A DNA stretch of 64,000 nt from an uncultured Collinsella sp. (GTDB lineage: Bacteria; Actinomycetota; Coriobacteriia; Coriobacteriales; Coriobacteriaceae), in contig UQIT01000003.1 of the NCBI GenBank assembly GCA_900541175.1, positions 40,133-104,132 of the forward strand, given 5' to 3'. The stretch's first letter is position 1, and each line of letters starts with the position of its first letter. A program made the translations under genes and the position numbers. Below, piece after piece: positions 30,720 through 47,142 of the stretch. The notes under the pieces were generated by a model. The model was not told where the DNA came from and did not search any database. It was given only the letters and a program-made list of their open reading frames with translations.

Positions 30720-30955
30720 TACTTCTCCAATGCCGCCTCGACCGTATCGACGAACTCGCCGACCGTCTTGGGGTTCTCCTCGGTATCGAGCTCAATGCCA
30801 AACTCGTCCTCGACGGCAACGAGGATCTCGACGGTACCCAGACTGTCGAGGCCAATCTCCTCGAGCGTGGACTCGGGCTTCATCTCGACATCGTCAAGGC
30901 CGGCGGTCTCGCGGATAACGTCGCAAACCCGCTCGAAGGTCTTCTGATCTGCCAT
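30719..30955 (-). CDS. acpP: Acyl carrier protein.
   Basis: MADQKTFERV..., with the LDSL phosphopantetheine attachment site. RBS AAAGGAGAAG precedes ATG at 30955. Confidence 0.9.
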   Translation of the reverse strand: MADQKTFERVCDVIRETAGLDDVEMKPESTLEEIGLDSLGTVEILVAVEDEFGIELDTEENPKTVGEFVDTVEAALEK

Positions 30956-31007
30956 GGTACTTCTCCTTTGTTTGTGCCCCAGGGGCGTTTTCATTTCCTA
31001 TGTGCAA

Positions 31008-31967
31008 CTACTTCCAGCGAAGTAGATAGCCACCTACATCCAAGCCGGCGCCAAATCCGACCAGGGCGATGGTGTCGCCCGCGTGCAGCGCGCCGGTACT
31101 TGCCAGTCGATCGAGAGCAAGCGGAATACAGGCACTCGAGATGTTGCCGGTTTCACGCAACGTTCGGACCACACGGTCATCCGGCACACCCAGGCGCTTG
31201 ACTGCCTGGCTCAAGATTCGTTCGTTAGCCTGATGGAATACAAAGTGGTCGATGTCCTCGACCGCGATGCTCGCGTCGCAGGCGAGCTTGTTGACCGTGT
31301 CGCAGATGGCATTGACGCCAAACTTGAAGACGCGACGGCCGTTCATGGAAAGCACGCTTTCGCAGTCCTGCGCCGTCTTATACGGCGAGGAGCCCGCCAA
31401 TCCGGGGACGCGCAGTGTTTCGACGTCAGGCGACGTCGAAAGCTCAACAGCAAGGGGATTCTCTCCCCCAGCCTCTATGACCGCAGCACCCGCGCCATCG
31501 CCAAAGAGCACGCACGTGGCACGGTCGGTCCAATCGAGCGCGCGCGTCATCTGCTCGGCGGCAACGACCAGCACGTGCTTGGCGCGACCGCGGGCGATAT
31601 AGCCCTCGGCGACATCGAGCGCAAATACGAAGCCGGCACAAGCCGCCGAAACGTCGAAGGCTGGACATGTGGCACCCAGGCGCTCAGCAACGGCGCACGC
31701 TTCGGCAGGAACGAGATGATCGCCCGTCGTCGTCGAGCAGACGATAAGATCCAGCTGGCTCGCATCGATTCCGGATACCTGAAGCGCCCGCTCGCTCGCC
31801 GCTACGGCAAGGTCGTCGAGTGACTCAGTGGTGCAGACGTGGCGGCTCTTGATACCGGTACGGGTAAAAATCCACTCATCCGAGGTATCGAGGAACTCGG
31901 ACAGCTCGTCATTGGAAACACTGCGCGCAGGAAGCGCCGAGCCTGTTCCAAGAATCGTGAAACCCAT
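31008..31967 (-). CDS. fabH: Beta-ketoacyl-ACP synthase III.
   Basis: MGFTILGTGSALP... RBS AAAGGAGG precedes ATG at 31967. The longer ORF to 32024 has no RBS and overlaps the operator-like repeat. Confidence 0.9.
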   Translation of the reverse strand: MGFTILGTGSALPARSVSNDELSEFLDTSDEWIFTRTGIKSRHVCTTESLDDLAVAASERALQVSGIDASQLDLIVCSTTTGDHLVPAEACAVAERLGATCPAFDVSAACAGFVFALDVAEGYIARGRAKHVLVVAAEQMTRALDWTDRATCVLFGDGAGAAVIEAGGENPLAVELSTSPDVETLRVPGLAGSSPYKTAQDCESVLSMNGRRVFKFGVNAICDTVNKLACDASIAVEDIDHFVFHQANERILSQAVKRLGVPDDRVVRTLRETGNISSACIPLALDRLASTGALHAGDTIALVGFGAGLDVGGYLLRWK

Positions 31968-31984
31968 CACTAACCTCCTTTGAG

Positions 31985-32050
31985 TTGTTGACGTGTTTAC
32001 ATCGACCAAGAGAGGATAGCGCATTTCAGTCGTTGTTGACGTGTTAACAT
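31985..32050. promoter_or_regulatory. Two direct copies of a 19-bp operator-like motif, GTTGTTGACGTGTT(T/A)ACAT, in the fabH-birA divergent intergenic region.
   Basis: Copies at 31985-32003 and 32032-32050, 47 bp centre to centre. Each contains a TTGACG -35-like hexamer and a near-palindrome (GTTGAC...GTTAAC). Confidence 0.55.
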
Positions 32051-32143
32051 TAAATTGTCCAAATGCGACAAAGGCTTCACATTGTGTCTGTCTCTCGACA
32101 CCATTGCGTTATTCACTTATTCATTAAGGAGGTAGCAGCCGCT

Positions 32144-32920
32144 ATGGATGCCCAATTAACGATAGTCGACGTAACCGGATCGACCAACGATGACCTGCTC
32201 GAAGCAGGAAAACAAGGAGCTCCGCACGGCACAGGACTTGCCGCCCGGGCTCAGACAGCAGGACGTGGCCGGCGCGGCCACAAGTGGGATTCAACCGCCG
32301 GCAACCTATTGCTTTCGATTGTCCTGCGTCCATGCGTTAATCCTGCAAAGTACTCTGGTCTTGCAGCCGTCAGCGGCCTAGCGGTGCTCGAGGCGCTCGA
32401 AAATCAGGGTCTTGCAAACGAGATTGGCCTCAAATGGCCCAACGATCTGGTCGCGCGAGGACGCAAGCTCGGCGGCATTCTGGTCGAGGCCGCACGCGAT
32501 AACGAAGGCAAACCTTTCGCCGTCTGCGGCATTGGCGTCAATGTGAACTACACGCCCCAAGAGGTGCCCGATGGCGGCCTGGCGGCAATTGGCCTCTCAG
32601 ACCTCAACGAAACTGTTCCCGCCGTCGATGTGCTACTCAAAGAGGTCTATCACGCAGTTATAGAAGCTGTAGATGCGTGGGCAGAGCGTCTCAACGCCAT
32701 GGAAAAAGACGCCGGACCGCTCGCGCCCGTCCACGGCGAATATATCGGTCATCTCAATTGGATTGGGGAGCGCGTTACCGCCCGCTCCCCCGCTGGGGAC
32801 GAGCTGGCGCGTGGCATCTTTCAAACGGTCGATGACTTTGGTCGCGCGTGCATCGAGACGGAAGACGACTTGCGATCCTTCCATTTTGAGGAGGCATCTC
32901 TGCGTCCCATTGGTAAATAA
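32144..32920 (+). CDS. birA: Biotin--[acetyl-CoA-carboxylase] ligase, group I (no N-terminal HTH).
   Basis: GRGRRGHKW biotin-binding motif. AAGGAGG sits upstream of ATG at 32144 with an 11-nt spacer. Divergent from the fab/acc cluster, which includes its substrate AccB. Confidence 0.8.
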   Translation: MDAQLTIVDVTGSTNDDLLEAGKQGAPHGTGLAARAQTAGRGRRGHKWDSTAGNLLLSIVLRPCVNPAKYSGLAAVSGLAVLEALENQGLANEIGLKWPNDLVARGRKLGGILVEAARDNEGKPFAVCGIGVNVNYTPQEVPDGGLAAIGLSDLNETVPAVDVLLKEVYHAVIEAVDAWAERLNAMEKDAGPLAPVHGEYIGHLNWIGERVTARSPAGDELARGIFQTVDDFGRACIETEDDLRSFHFEEASLRPIGK

Positions 32921-32979
32921 GGCGCCACAGCCACCCATTCGGCCGCATTATCCGGGCCCCGGAGGCCATCATTCAAAAC

Positions 32980-33015
32980 AAAAGAGCCCCGCTACCGTAA
33001 TGGCAGCGGGGCTCT
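32980..33015. terminator. Bidirectional intrinsic terminator between birA (+) and rpsJ (-).
   Basis: AAAAGAGCCCCGCTACCGTAATGGCAGCGGGGCTCT. Confidence 0.65.
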
Positions 33016-33036
33016 GTAAGCTATGAGCGATATCGC

Positions 33037-33345
33037 TTAGAGCTTGATGTCGATGTCGACGCCAGCGGGGAGGTCGAGACGCATGAGCGAATCAACGGTG
33101 CCCGAGGTGGGGTCGAGGATGTCGATGAGGCGCTTGTGGGTGCGCATCTCGAACTGCTCACGGGAGTCCTTGTTCACGTGCGGCGAGCGGATAACCGTGT
33201 ACAGGTTGCGCTCGGTGGGCAGGGGGACAGGACCGGAAACGCGAGCGCCGGTCTTCTGAGCGGTCTCGACGATGAGCTTCGCGGACTGATCGACGACCTC
33301 GTGATCATAGCCCTTGAGGCGAATGCGGATCTTCTGGGTAGCCAA
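33037..33345 (-). CDS. rpsJ: 30S ribosomal protein S10.
   Basis: [44 protein letters not shown] is canonical S10. It lies 60 nt downstream of fusA, about 14 kb from rplC. Confidence 0.95.
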   Translation of the reverse strand: MATQKIRIRLKGYDHEVVDQSAKLIVETAQKTGARVSGPVPLPTERNLYTVIRSPHVNKDSREQFEMRTHKRLIDILDPTSGTVDSLMRLDLPAGVDIDIKL

Positions 33346-33405
33346 CTTAAACCTCCAAAGAGTGCGAGAGATGTTCTCGCGGATTACGTAACAGGGAGCT
33401 CGAAC

Positions 33406-35505
33406 TTAGGCGTTCTTGCTCATGACCTCGTCCACGATGGACTTGGGCGCGGGCTCATAAGAGTCGAACTGCATCGTGTAGGATGCACGGCCCTGGGTCT
33501 GGGAGCGAAGGTCGGTAGCGTAACCGAACATCTCGCCCAGCGGCACCTTGGCACGGATGAGCTTGCTGTTCTTGCGATCCTCCATGCCCTCGATCTTGCC
33601 GCGGCGACCGGAGAGGTTGCCCATAACGTCGCCCATGTACTGCTCGGGGGTCTCGACCTCGACAGCCATGATCGGCTCGAGCAGCTGCGGATCGGACTTC
33701 TTGAGGGCGTCCTTGATAGCCATGGAACCGGCGATCTTGAAGGCGGCCTCGGAGGAGTCGACCTCGTGGTAAGAACCGTCAAACAGGGTGACCTTGACGT
33801 CGAGGACCGGGAAGCCGGCGATAACACCGGTGTTCAGGGCCTCCTGGATGCCCTTGTCGATGGACGGGATGTACTCCTTGGGCACGACGCCGCCGACGAT
33901 AGCGTTGACGAACTCGTAGCCGAAGCCCTCCTCCATCTTCTCGAGCTTAATGACGGCGTGGCCGTACTGACCGCGACCGCCGGACTGACGGACGAACTTG
34001 CCCTCAGCCTTCTCGACGTCGTGACCAGCGGTCTCGCGGTAGGCAACCTGGGGCTTACCAACGTTAGCGTCAACCTTGAACTCGCGGAGCAGACGGTCGA
34101 CGATGATCTCGAGGTGCAGCTCACCCATGCCGGCGATGATGGTCTGGCCGGTCTCGTGGTTGGTGGACACCTGGAAGGTCGGGTCCTCCTCGGCGAGCTT
34201 GGTCAGAGCCAGGGACATCTTGTCCTGCTCGGCCTTGGTCTTGGGCTCGATGGCAACGTCGATAACGGGCTTAGCGAACTCGATCTTCTCGAGGACGATC
34301 TCCTTGCCCTCGGCGCACAGGGTGTCACCGGTGGTGGAGTTCTTGAAGCCGACGCAAGCGACGATGTCGCCGGCAGCGGCATCGTCACGGTCGATACGCT
34401 CGGCAGCGTTCATCTCGAGGATGCGGCCGAGGCGCTCGCGCTGACCGTTGGAAGCGTTGACAACGTAGGAGCCGGACTCGGCGCGGCCGGAGTAAACGCG
34501 GACGTAGGTGAGCTTACCGACGAACGGGTCGGTCATGATCTTGAAGACCAGGCCGGAGAAGGGCTCGTCGAAGGAAGGATGACGCTCGATCTCCTCGCCG
34601 GTATCCGGATCGGTACCGGTGACGGCCTCGACGTCGAGCGGGCTGGGCAGGTAGTCAACGACAGCGTCGAGCAGCTCCTGGACGCCCTTGTTCTTGTAGG
34701 CGGAGCCCACGAAGACGAGGTTGAGCTCGTTGGCCAGAACGCCCTTGCGCAGAGCAGCCTTGAGCTCCTCGACGGTGAAGTCCTCCTCCATGAGGATCTT
34801 CTCCATGAGCTCGTCGTCAAAGCTGGCAGCAGCGTCGAGGAGCTCCTCGCGCTTGGTGGCAGCGATGTCGGCGAACTCAGCCGGGATCTCGTCCATCGGC
34901 TCGGGGTAGGTCATGCCCTTGTCGTCGGCCTTGAAGTCCCAAGCAGTCATGGTGACCAGGTCGATGACGCCCCAGAAGTTGTCCTCGGCGCCCATCGGGA
35001 CCTGAGCGGCCACGGCGTTAGCGTCGAGACGATCCTTCATGGTCTCGATAGCGTTGAAGAAGTCGGCGCCCACGCGGTCATACTTGTTGATGAAGGCGAT
35101 GCGGGGGACGTTGAAGGTAGAAGCCTGACGCCAAACGGTCTCAGACTGGGGCTGAACGCCGGCAACGGCGTCGAAGACGGCGACAGCGCCATCGAGGACG
35201 CGCAGGCAGCGCTCGACCTCGGCGGTGAAGTCAACGTGGCCCGGGGTGTCGATGATCTGGATGCGGTAGTCCTTACCGTCCTTGTTCCAGAAGCACGTGG
35301 TAGCAGCGGAGGTAATGGTTACGCCGCGCTCCTGCTCCTGAACCATCCAGTCCATGGTGGCAGCGCCCTCATGGACCTCACCGATCTTGTGGGTCTTACC
35401 GGTGTAGTAAAGAATACGCTCGGTCGTGGTGGTCTTACCGGCATCGATGTGAGCCATGATGCCGATGTTACGGGTATCGGAAAGCTTGTACTTAGGCTTA
35501 GCCAT
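33406..35505 (-). CDS. fusA: Elongation factor G.
   Basis: [16 protein letters not shown]-domain; 699 aa. Confidence 0.95.
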   Translation of the reverse strand: MAKPKYKLSDTRNIGIMAHIDAGKTTTTERILYYTGKTHKIGEVHEGAATMDWMVQEQERGVTITSAATTCFWNKDGKDYRIQIIDTPGHVDFTAEVERCLRVLDGAVAVFDAVAGVQPQSETVWRQASTFNVPRIAFINKYDRVGADFFNAIETMKDRLDANAVAAQVPMGAEDNFWGVIDLVTMTAWDFKADDKGMTYPEPMDEIPAEFADIAATKREELLDAAASFDDELMEKILMEEDFTVEELKAALRKGVLANELNLVFVGSAYKNKGVQELLDAVVDYLPSPLDVEAVTGTDPDTGEEIERHPSFDEPFSGLVFKIMTDPFVGKLTYVRVYSGRAESGSYVVNASNGQRERLGRILEMNAAERIDRDDAAAGDIVACVGFKNSTTGDTLCAEGKEIVLEKIEFAKPVIDVAIEPKTKAEQDKMSLALTKLAEEDPTFQVSTNHETGQTIIAGMGELHLEIIVDRLLREFKVDANVGKPQVAYRETAGHDVEKAEGKFVRQSGGRGQYGHAVIKLEKMEEGFGYEFVNAIVGGVVPKEYIPSIDKGIQEALNTGVIAGFPVLDVKVTLFDGSYHEVDSSEAAFKIAGSMAIKDALKKSDPQLLEPIMAVEVETPEQYMGDVMGNLSGRRGKIEGMEDRKNSKLIRAKVPLGEMFGYATDLRSQTQGRASYTMQFDSYEPAPKSIVDEVMSKNA

Positions 35506-35524
35506 GTTAGTTCCTTACCTTAAC

Positions 35525-35998
35525 TTACCAACGATAGTGAGAGAACGCGCGGTTGGCCTCGGCCATCTTGAAGACGTCCTCACGCTTCTTGACGGAAGCG
35601 CCCAGGCCGTTGGAGGCGTCGAGGATCTCGTTGGCGAGACGCTCGGCCATGGTCTTCTCCTTGCGAGCGCGGGAGAAGTTGACGATCCAGCGGATACCCA
35701 GAGCGGTGGAACGACGGGAGTTGACCTCCATCGGGACCTGATAGGTAGCGCCACCGACACGCTTGGGCTTAACCTCGAGCGTGGGCTTGACGTTGTCCAT
35801 AGCCTTCTTGAAGGTAGCGAGAGCGTCGCCACCCTCGGACTTCTCGGCAACGATCTCGAAAGCGGTGTAAACGATGCGCTCAGCGGTGGCCTTCTTGCCG
35901 TCAAGAAGGACCTTGTTGATGAGCTGAGTCACCAGGCGGTTGTTGTAAACGGCGTCAGGCTGAACCTCACGACGATTAGCTGCTGCACGACGCGGCAT
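35525..35998 (-). CDS. rpsG: 30S ribosomal protein S7.
   Basis: S7 family match; str operon context. Confidence 0.95.
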   Translation of the reverse strand: MPRRAAANRREVQPDAVYNNRLVTQLINKVLLDGKKATAERIVYTAFEIVAEKSEGGDALATFKKAMDNVKPTLEVKPKRVGGATYQVPMEVNSRRSTALGIRWIVNFSRARKEKTMAERLANEILDASNGLGASVKKREDVFKMAEANRAFSHYRW

Positions 35999-36071
35999 GT
36001 GAAATCTCCTTAAGTGTCTACCGTGCGGCGCTTAGGCGGCACACGGCGAAAGTATCAAAACGTTATCTGGC

Positions 36072-36449
36072 TTATTTGGCCTTGGGGCGCTTAGCACCGT
36101 ACTTGGAACGGGCCTGCATACGGTTCTGGACCGGAGCAGCGTCGTAGGCGCCACGGATGACGTGATAACGGACACCAGGGAGGTCACGGACACGACCGCC
36201 GCGGACGAGCACGATGGAGTGCTCCTGCAGGTTGTGGCCCTCACCCGGGATGTAAGCAGTAACTTCGATGCCGTTGACAAGGCGAACACGGGCAACCTTA
36301 CGAAGAGCCGAGTTCGGCTTCTTGGGGCTCGTGGTGAAGACGCGGGTGCACACGCCGCGCTTCTGGGAGTTGTGCTGCAGAGCAGCGTTCTTGGACTTCT
36401 TGGGCACGGAACGACGGCCCTGGCGAACCAGCTGGTTAATAGTAGGCAA
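36072..36449 (-). CDS. rpsL: 30S ribosomal protein S12.
   Basis: [20 protein letters not shown]... Confidence 0.95.
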   Translation of the reverse strand: MPTINQLVRQGRRSVPKKSKNAALQHNSQKRGVCTRVFTTSPKKPNSALRKVARVRLVNGIEVTAYIPGEGHNLQEHSIVLVRGGRVRDLPGVRYHVIRGAYDAAPVQNRMQARSKYGAKRPKAK

Positions 36450-36542
36450 AGCGTACTCCTTCTCGAATGATTCCAGCTTTCTGTAAAGTGCAACGGCTTG
36501 AATCGAGGGGTCAGCATCCCCCTACGAAACACGCAGTTCGAT

Positions 36543-36572
36543 AGGATACGTGGCGTTAGCTGTGCCGTCAAC
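36543..36572 (-). promoter_or_regulatory. Putative sigma-70-type promoter of the str operon (TTGACG, 17-nt spacer, TATCCT).
   Basis: Minus-strand read TTGACGgcacagctaacgccacgTATCCT, about 95 nt upstream of rpsL. TGGATACGCCCGG sits immediately upstream of the -35. Confidence 0.4.
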
Positions 36573-36654
36573 AGACCACGCCGCCGGGCGTATCCAAAAA
36601 TTGGTACATTTCCGCAAAGCCTACACAAAAGGAATCCCCTCCTGTGCGCTTGGG

Positions 36655-36795
36655 AGGATTCCCGGATCGGGCGGCCCAGGTTTTAAGTTTGCTGCTCTAC
36701 AGTCCTGCGCAAGACGGAAAGCACATTAAGTGCTTTCCTTTGCGTGCGGAACTCGCGACAAACTTAAAACCTGGGCCGCCCGGTCCGGGAATCCG
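36655..36795. repeat. Long hairpin element, copy B, upstream of the rpsL promoter: a 35/36-bp outer stem enclosing a core identical to copy A.
   Basis: The 82-bp core is 100% identical to 19416-19497. The outer arms GGATTCCCGGATCGGGCGGCCCAGGTTTTAAGTTTG and their reverse complement differ from copy A's arms. Confidence 0.85.
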
Positions 36796-36819
36796 ACGTG
36801 CTCGTTGGGGCAACGCCAC

Positions 36820-36870
36820 CTGCCAAAAAGGGACAGGTTTATTTTGGTCGGTTTTATCTGGGGAAACGTC
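36820..36870. repeat. Copy 2 of the ~50-bp intergenic repeat (see 10910..10960).
   Basis: CTGCCAAAAAGGGACAGGTTTATTTTGGTCGGTTTTATCTGGGGAAACGTC. Confidence 0.7.
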
Positions 36871-36916
36871 GCGCTCCGGCGGTGATCCGACCTCACTAAC
36901 ACTGTAGATTGACGGT

Positions 36917-37048
36917 GTTTTCGGAAGTATGCGGCAAATTATGAACTTACCGAGCACACAGGGATTTTGCGATAACAAACCCGCAGGTAGAACGCTTGAG
37001 CATATACGGTGTGGTCGACCCATCAAGATTTTGCCGCATACTTCAGAA
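36917..37048. repeat. Long-range 17-bp inverted repeat (GAAGTATGCGGCAAA / TTTGCCGCATACTTC) enclosing about 90 bp.
   Basis: Arms at 36921-36937 and 37032-37046. Lies in the 680-bp non-coding stretch between the anti-sigma gene and rpsL. Confidence 0.55.
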
Positions 37049-37090
37049 ATGCAGGCGAATATCGTGCGGTCTAACCGCCCATTTACCGCA

Positions 37091-37124
37091 AAGAAGGCCG
37101 CTTCCCCTAGTAGGAAGCGGCCCC
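37091..37124 (-). terminator. Putative terminator after the anti-sigma gene.
   Basis: Minus-strand read GGCCGCTTCCTACTAGGGGAAGCGGCC followed by TTCTTTG. Confidence 0.5.
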
Positions 37125-37129
37125 AAATC

Positions 37130-38206
37130 TTACGAATAGACGATGGTAAAGGGTTCCGACGTTTCGGCGCCCCCTGTTGAAGTGCAGCGTGTGCCTTCGA
37201 GCGTTACTGAAACCACTTGGTCGACATCAATCAACTTCGTTGGCACCCAAATGTTCTCTCCGCTATTGCGTGCCATCGAAACATAGAAATTGTACGCCCC
37301 TGCGTCGTCATCTTCGATAATCTGCTCCGATCCATCCTTGTAGCTGACGGTCAGTTTATGATCAACTGCTTCATAGCCCAGATCATCGATGTGCGTCTGG
37401 ATGGAAAACGGGCTAATCTCGAGAGGCGAGTCATCAGAGCGGAGTTCCTTTGTATCGACGTGCGCTCCGACGTTAAACTCTGGCGTCGATACCTCGATCA
37501 CCTTCGCATCCTCACCTTTGCCCTCCGTCCAGCTGATATTCCAGGTGACCGCATGTCCCAAATCTCGCTCGCGATTCCACGAGGCAAAGTACATCGTGCC
37601 ATTAATGACCGTGTCGCTTGATGTGTCCTTATCAATTGTGCAGCGTGTGTCAGCCCATTCCTCGCCGAAGTTCATGCTGGGTGTACCGATGCCTTGTTCT
37701 TCTTCACCATAGAGAACAAGTTCGCCTGTCTCTGCTGCCGGCTTGTAGTAGTTAACGCCATTTGGATTGGACAACGTAAACGTCACGGCTCCGCAGCCGT
37801 TTTGGTCAATAGCCATCTCATGGATATCAAGCGTATAGCCGTTACCCTCGACGGACAGATTAACCTCCTGGACTGCACCCTCCAGGCTTTGGGGCGCGAT
37901 GCCATCACCAAACTCTCTGGTGTAGGTATATTTAGTTCCCGATGAGCCTCCGTTGGTCCAGGTAATGGAATCCCCATTGCCGTGGTTTCCCCAGGCTGAG
38001 GCAAAATAGCTGGAATTGACAACGGCGTAGGCGACCCCTCCGGTCGCCAACACTCCGGCAAGACATCCGATTACGGCAACATACAGAGGTTTCGCGTGAC
38101 CCTTTCGACGAAGCGGCTTTCCAGCCGCAGCATCAATAACACGGTCGGCAAGATCGCTATCGGCTTGGATGGACTCGAAGGCCTGCTTGATTTGATTGGA
38201 TTTCAC
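37130..38206 (-). CDS. Putative membrane-anchored anti-sigma factor: N-terminal cytoplasmic segment, one transmembrane helix, ~280-aa extracytoplasmic domain.
   Basis: Transmembrane segment LYVAVIGCLAGVLATGGVAYAVV. Overlaps the 3' end of the ECF sigma gene by 50 nt. GC is lower than the surrounding ribosomal genes. Confidence 0.6.
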   Translation of the reverse strand: MKSNQIKQAFESIQADSDLADRVIDAAAGKPLRRKGHAKPLYVAVIGCLAGVLATGGVAYAVVNSSYFASAWGNHGNGDSITWTNGGSSGTKYTYTREFGDGIAPQSLEGAVQEVNLSVEGNGYTLDIHEMAIDQNGCGAVTFTLSNPNGVNYYKPAAETGELVLYGEEEQGIGTPSMNFGEEWADTRCTIDKDTSSDTVINGTMYFASWNRERDLGHAVTWNISWTEGKGEDAKVIEVSTPEFNVGAHVDTKELRSDDSPLEISPFSIQTHIDDLGYEAVDHKLTVSYKDGSEQIIEDDDAGAYNFYVSMARNSGENIWVPTKLIDVDQVVSVTLEGTRCTSTGGAETSEPFTIVYS

Positions 38207-38675
38207 GGTCGCCCTCCTCTAGGATGAATTTGAGCTTCGATCGACCACGAGCTAAACGCGTTCGAGCGGTCGCGGCTGGCACATGCAGTAACTCGGCAAT
38301 CTCTGAGGTCGAAAAGCCCAGATAGTAATAGAGCACGATGGGAACACGGAATCGCTCCGGAAGTCGCATAACGTCTGACAGGACCGCCTTGGACTCCTCC
38401 TGCGCCGTCGAAAGCGAATCGGCCAGGTTCTCAATATCCTCCACACGCCTCCATGGCTTTCGAAAGAGCGATTTGCATTCATTGATCGTGACCCGGATAA
38501 GCCAGCGGCGAAGATGCTCCCGACTTTCAAAGTGTCCATCGCTTTTGAGCAACTTAAGAAAGACGTCTTGTGCAACATCGTCGGCATCGGCGCGATCGCG
38601 CAGGTACGTCAATGCGATTCGAAACACGACATCCCGGTGATCTTCGACCGCCTGTCTAAAAGCTTGTTCTTCCAT
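38157..38675 (-). CDS. ECF (group IV) RNA polymerase sigma factor.
   Basis: Sigma-70 region 2 (FRIALTYLRDRADADDVAQDVFLKL) and region 4 (LGFSTSEIAELLHVPAATARTRL). ATG at 38675 has a GGGAGGTG RBS. Confidence 0.85.
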   Translation of the reverse strand: MEEQAFRQAVEDHRDVVFRIALTYLRDRADADDVAQDVFLKLLKSDGHFESREHLRRWLIRVTINECKSLFRKPWRRVEDIENLADSLSTAQEESKAVLSDVMRLPERFRVPIVLYYYLGFSTSEIAELLHVPAATARTRLARGRSKLKFILEEGDREIQSNQAGLRVHPSR

Positions 38676-38724
38676 AATCACCTCCCGGTGATGCTGATGT
38701 TTCTTGCTGAGGCCCTCACCATAG

Positions 38725-38751
38725 ATACGCTTTGACCGAACGGAATGTTTC
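38725..38751 (-). promoter_or_regulatory. Putative autoregulated ECF promoter, SigW-like (TGAAAC, N17, CGTA).
   Basis: Minus-strand read TGAAACattccgttcggtcaaagCGTATC, about 50 nt upstream of the sigma start codon. Confidence 0.5.
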
Positions 38752-38832
38752 AAATTCAAGCAGGAAAAACCTACCAAAAATTAATCAGTCCCTTTTTGGC
38801 AGGCTTTCTTCAACAAAAAAGACCCGCTTCCC

Positions 38833-38871
38833 TGTTGGGAAACGGGTCTTTGGAAGGACGGTTAACGTACT
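38833..38871 (-). terminator. Intrinsic terminator of rpoBC.
   Basis: Minus-strand read AAGACCCGTTTCCCAACAGGGAAGCGGGTCTT followed by TTTTTTG, immediately after the rpoC stop. Confidence 0.8.
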
Positions 38872-38877
38872 AGGAAA

Positions 38878-46854
<7,977 letters not shown>

Positions 46855-47086
46855 CAGGTTTTTCCTCCTTCACGGAAATGCTCGGTGGATTGGCGAGGCA
46901 TAGCTTCGCCAGTTATCGCAACCTAATAGTTTATCAGGTACCGACCGTTGAGCAAGAAAAGCCTTGACGTGATTGAGTTTTTGGAGTAGCAAAGTTTTTC
47001 GACAGAAAATTCGCAGGTAGATGTATGTGTATCGAACATCTGTTCATATATTTTCTGTGAACAGAGAACCAGCAATCGTAGCTCTT

Positions 47087-47121
47087 ATAAAAAACGGGCG
47101 CGAACCGAGGTCCGCGCCCGT
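47087..47121 (-). terminator. Intrinsic terminator after galU.
   Basis: Minus-strand read ACGGGCGCGGACCTCGGTTCGCGCCCGT followed by TTTTTTAT. Confidence 0.75.
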
Positions 47122-47142
47122 AAATGTCGATGCCCGAAAGGC

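Noticed and set aside
33136-35523. 795-aa plus-strand ORF.
   Set aside because: Antisense shadow of fusA (EF-G).
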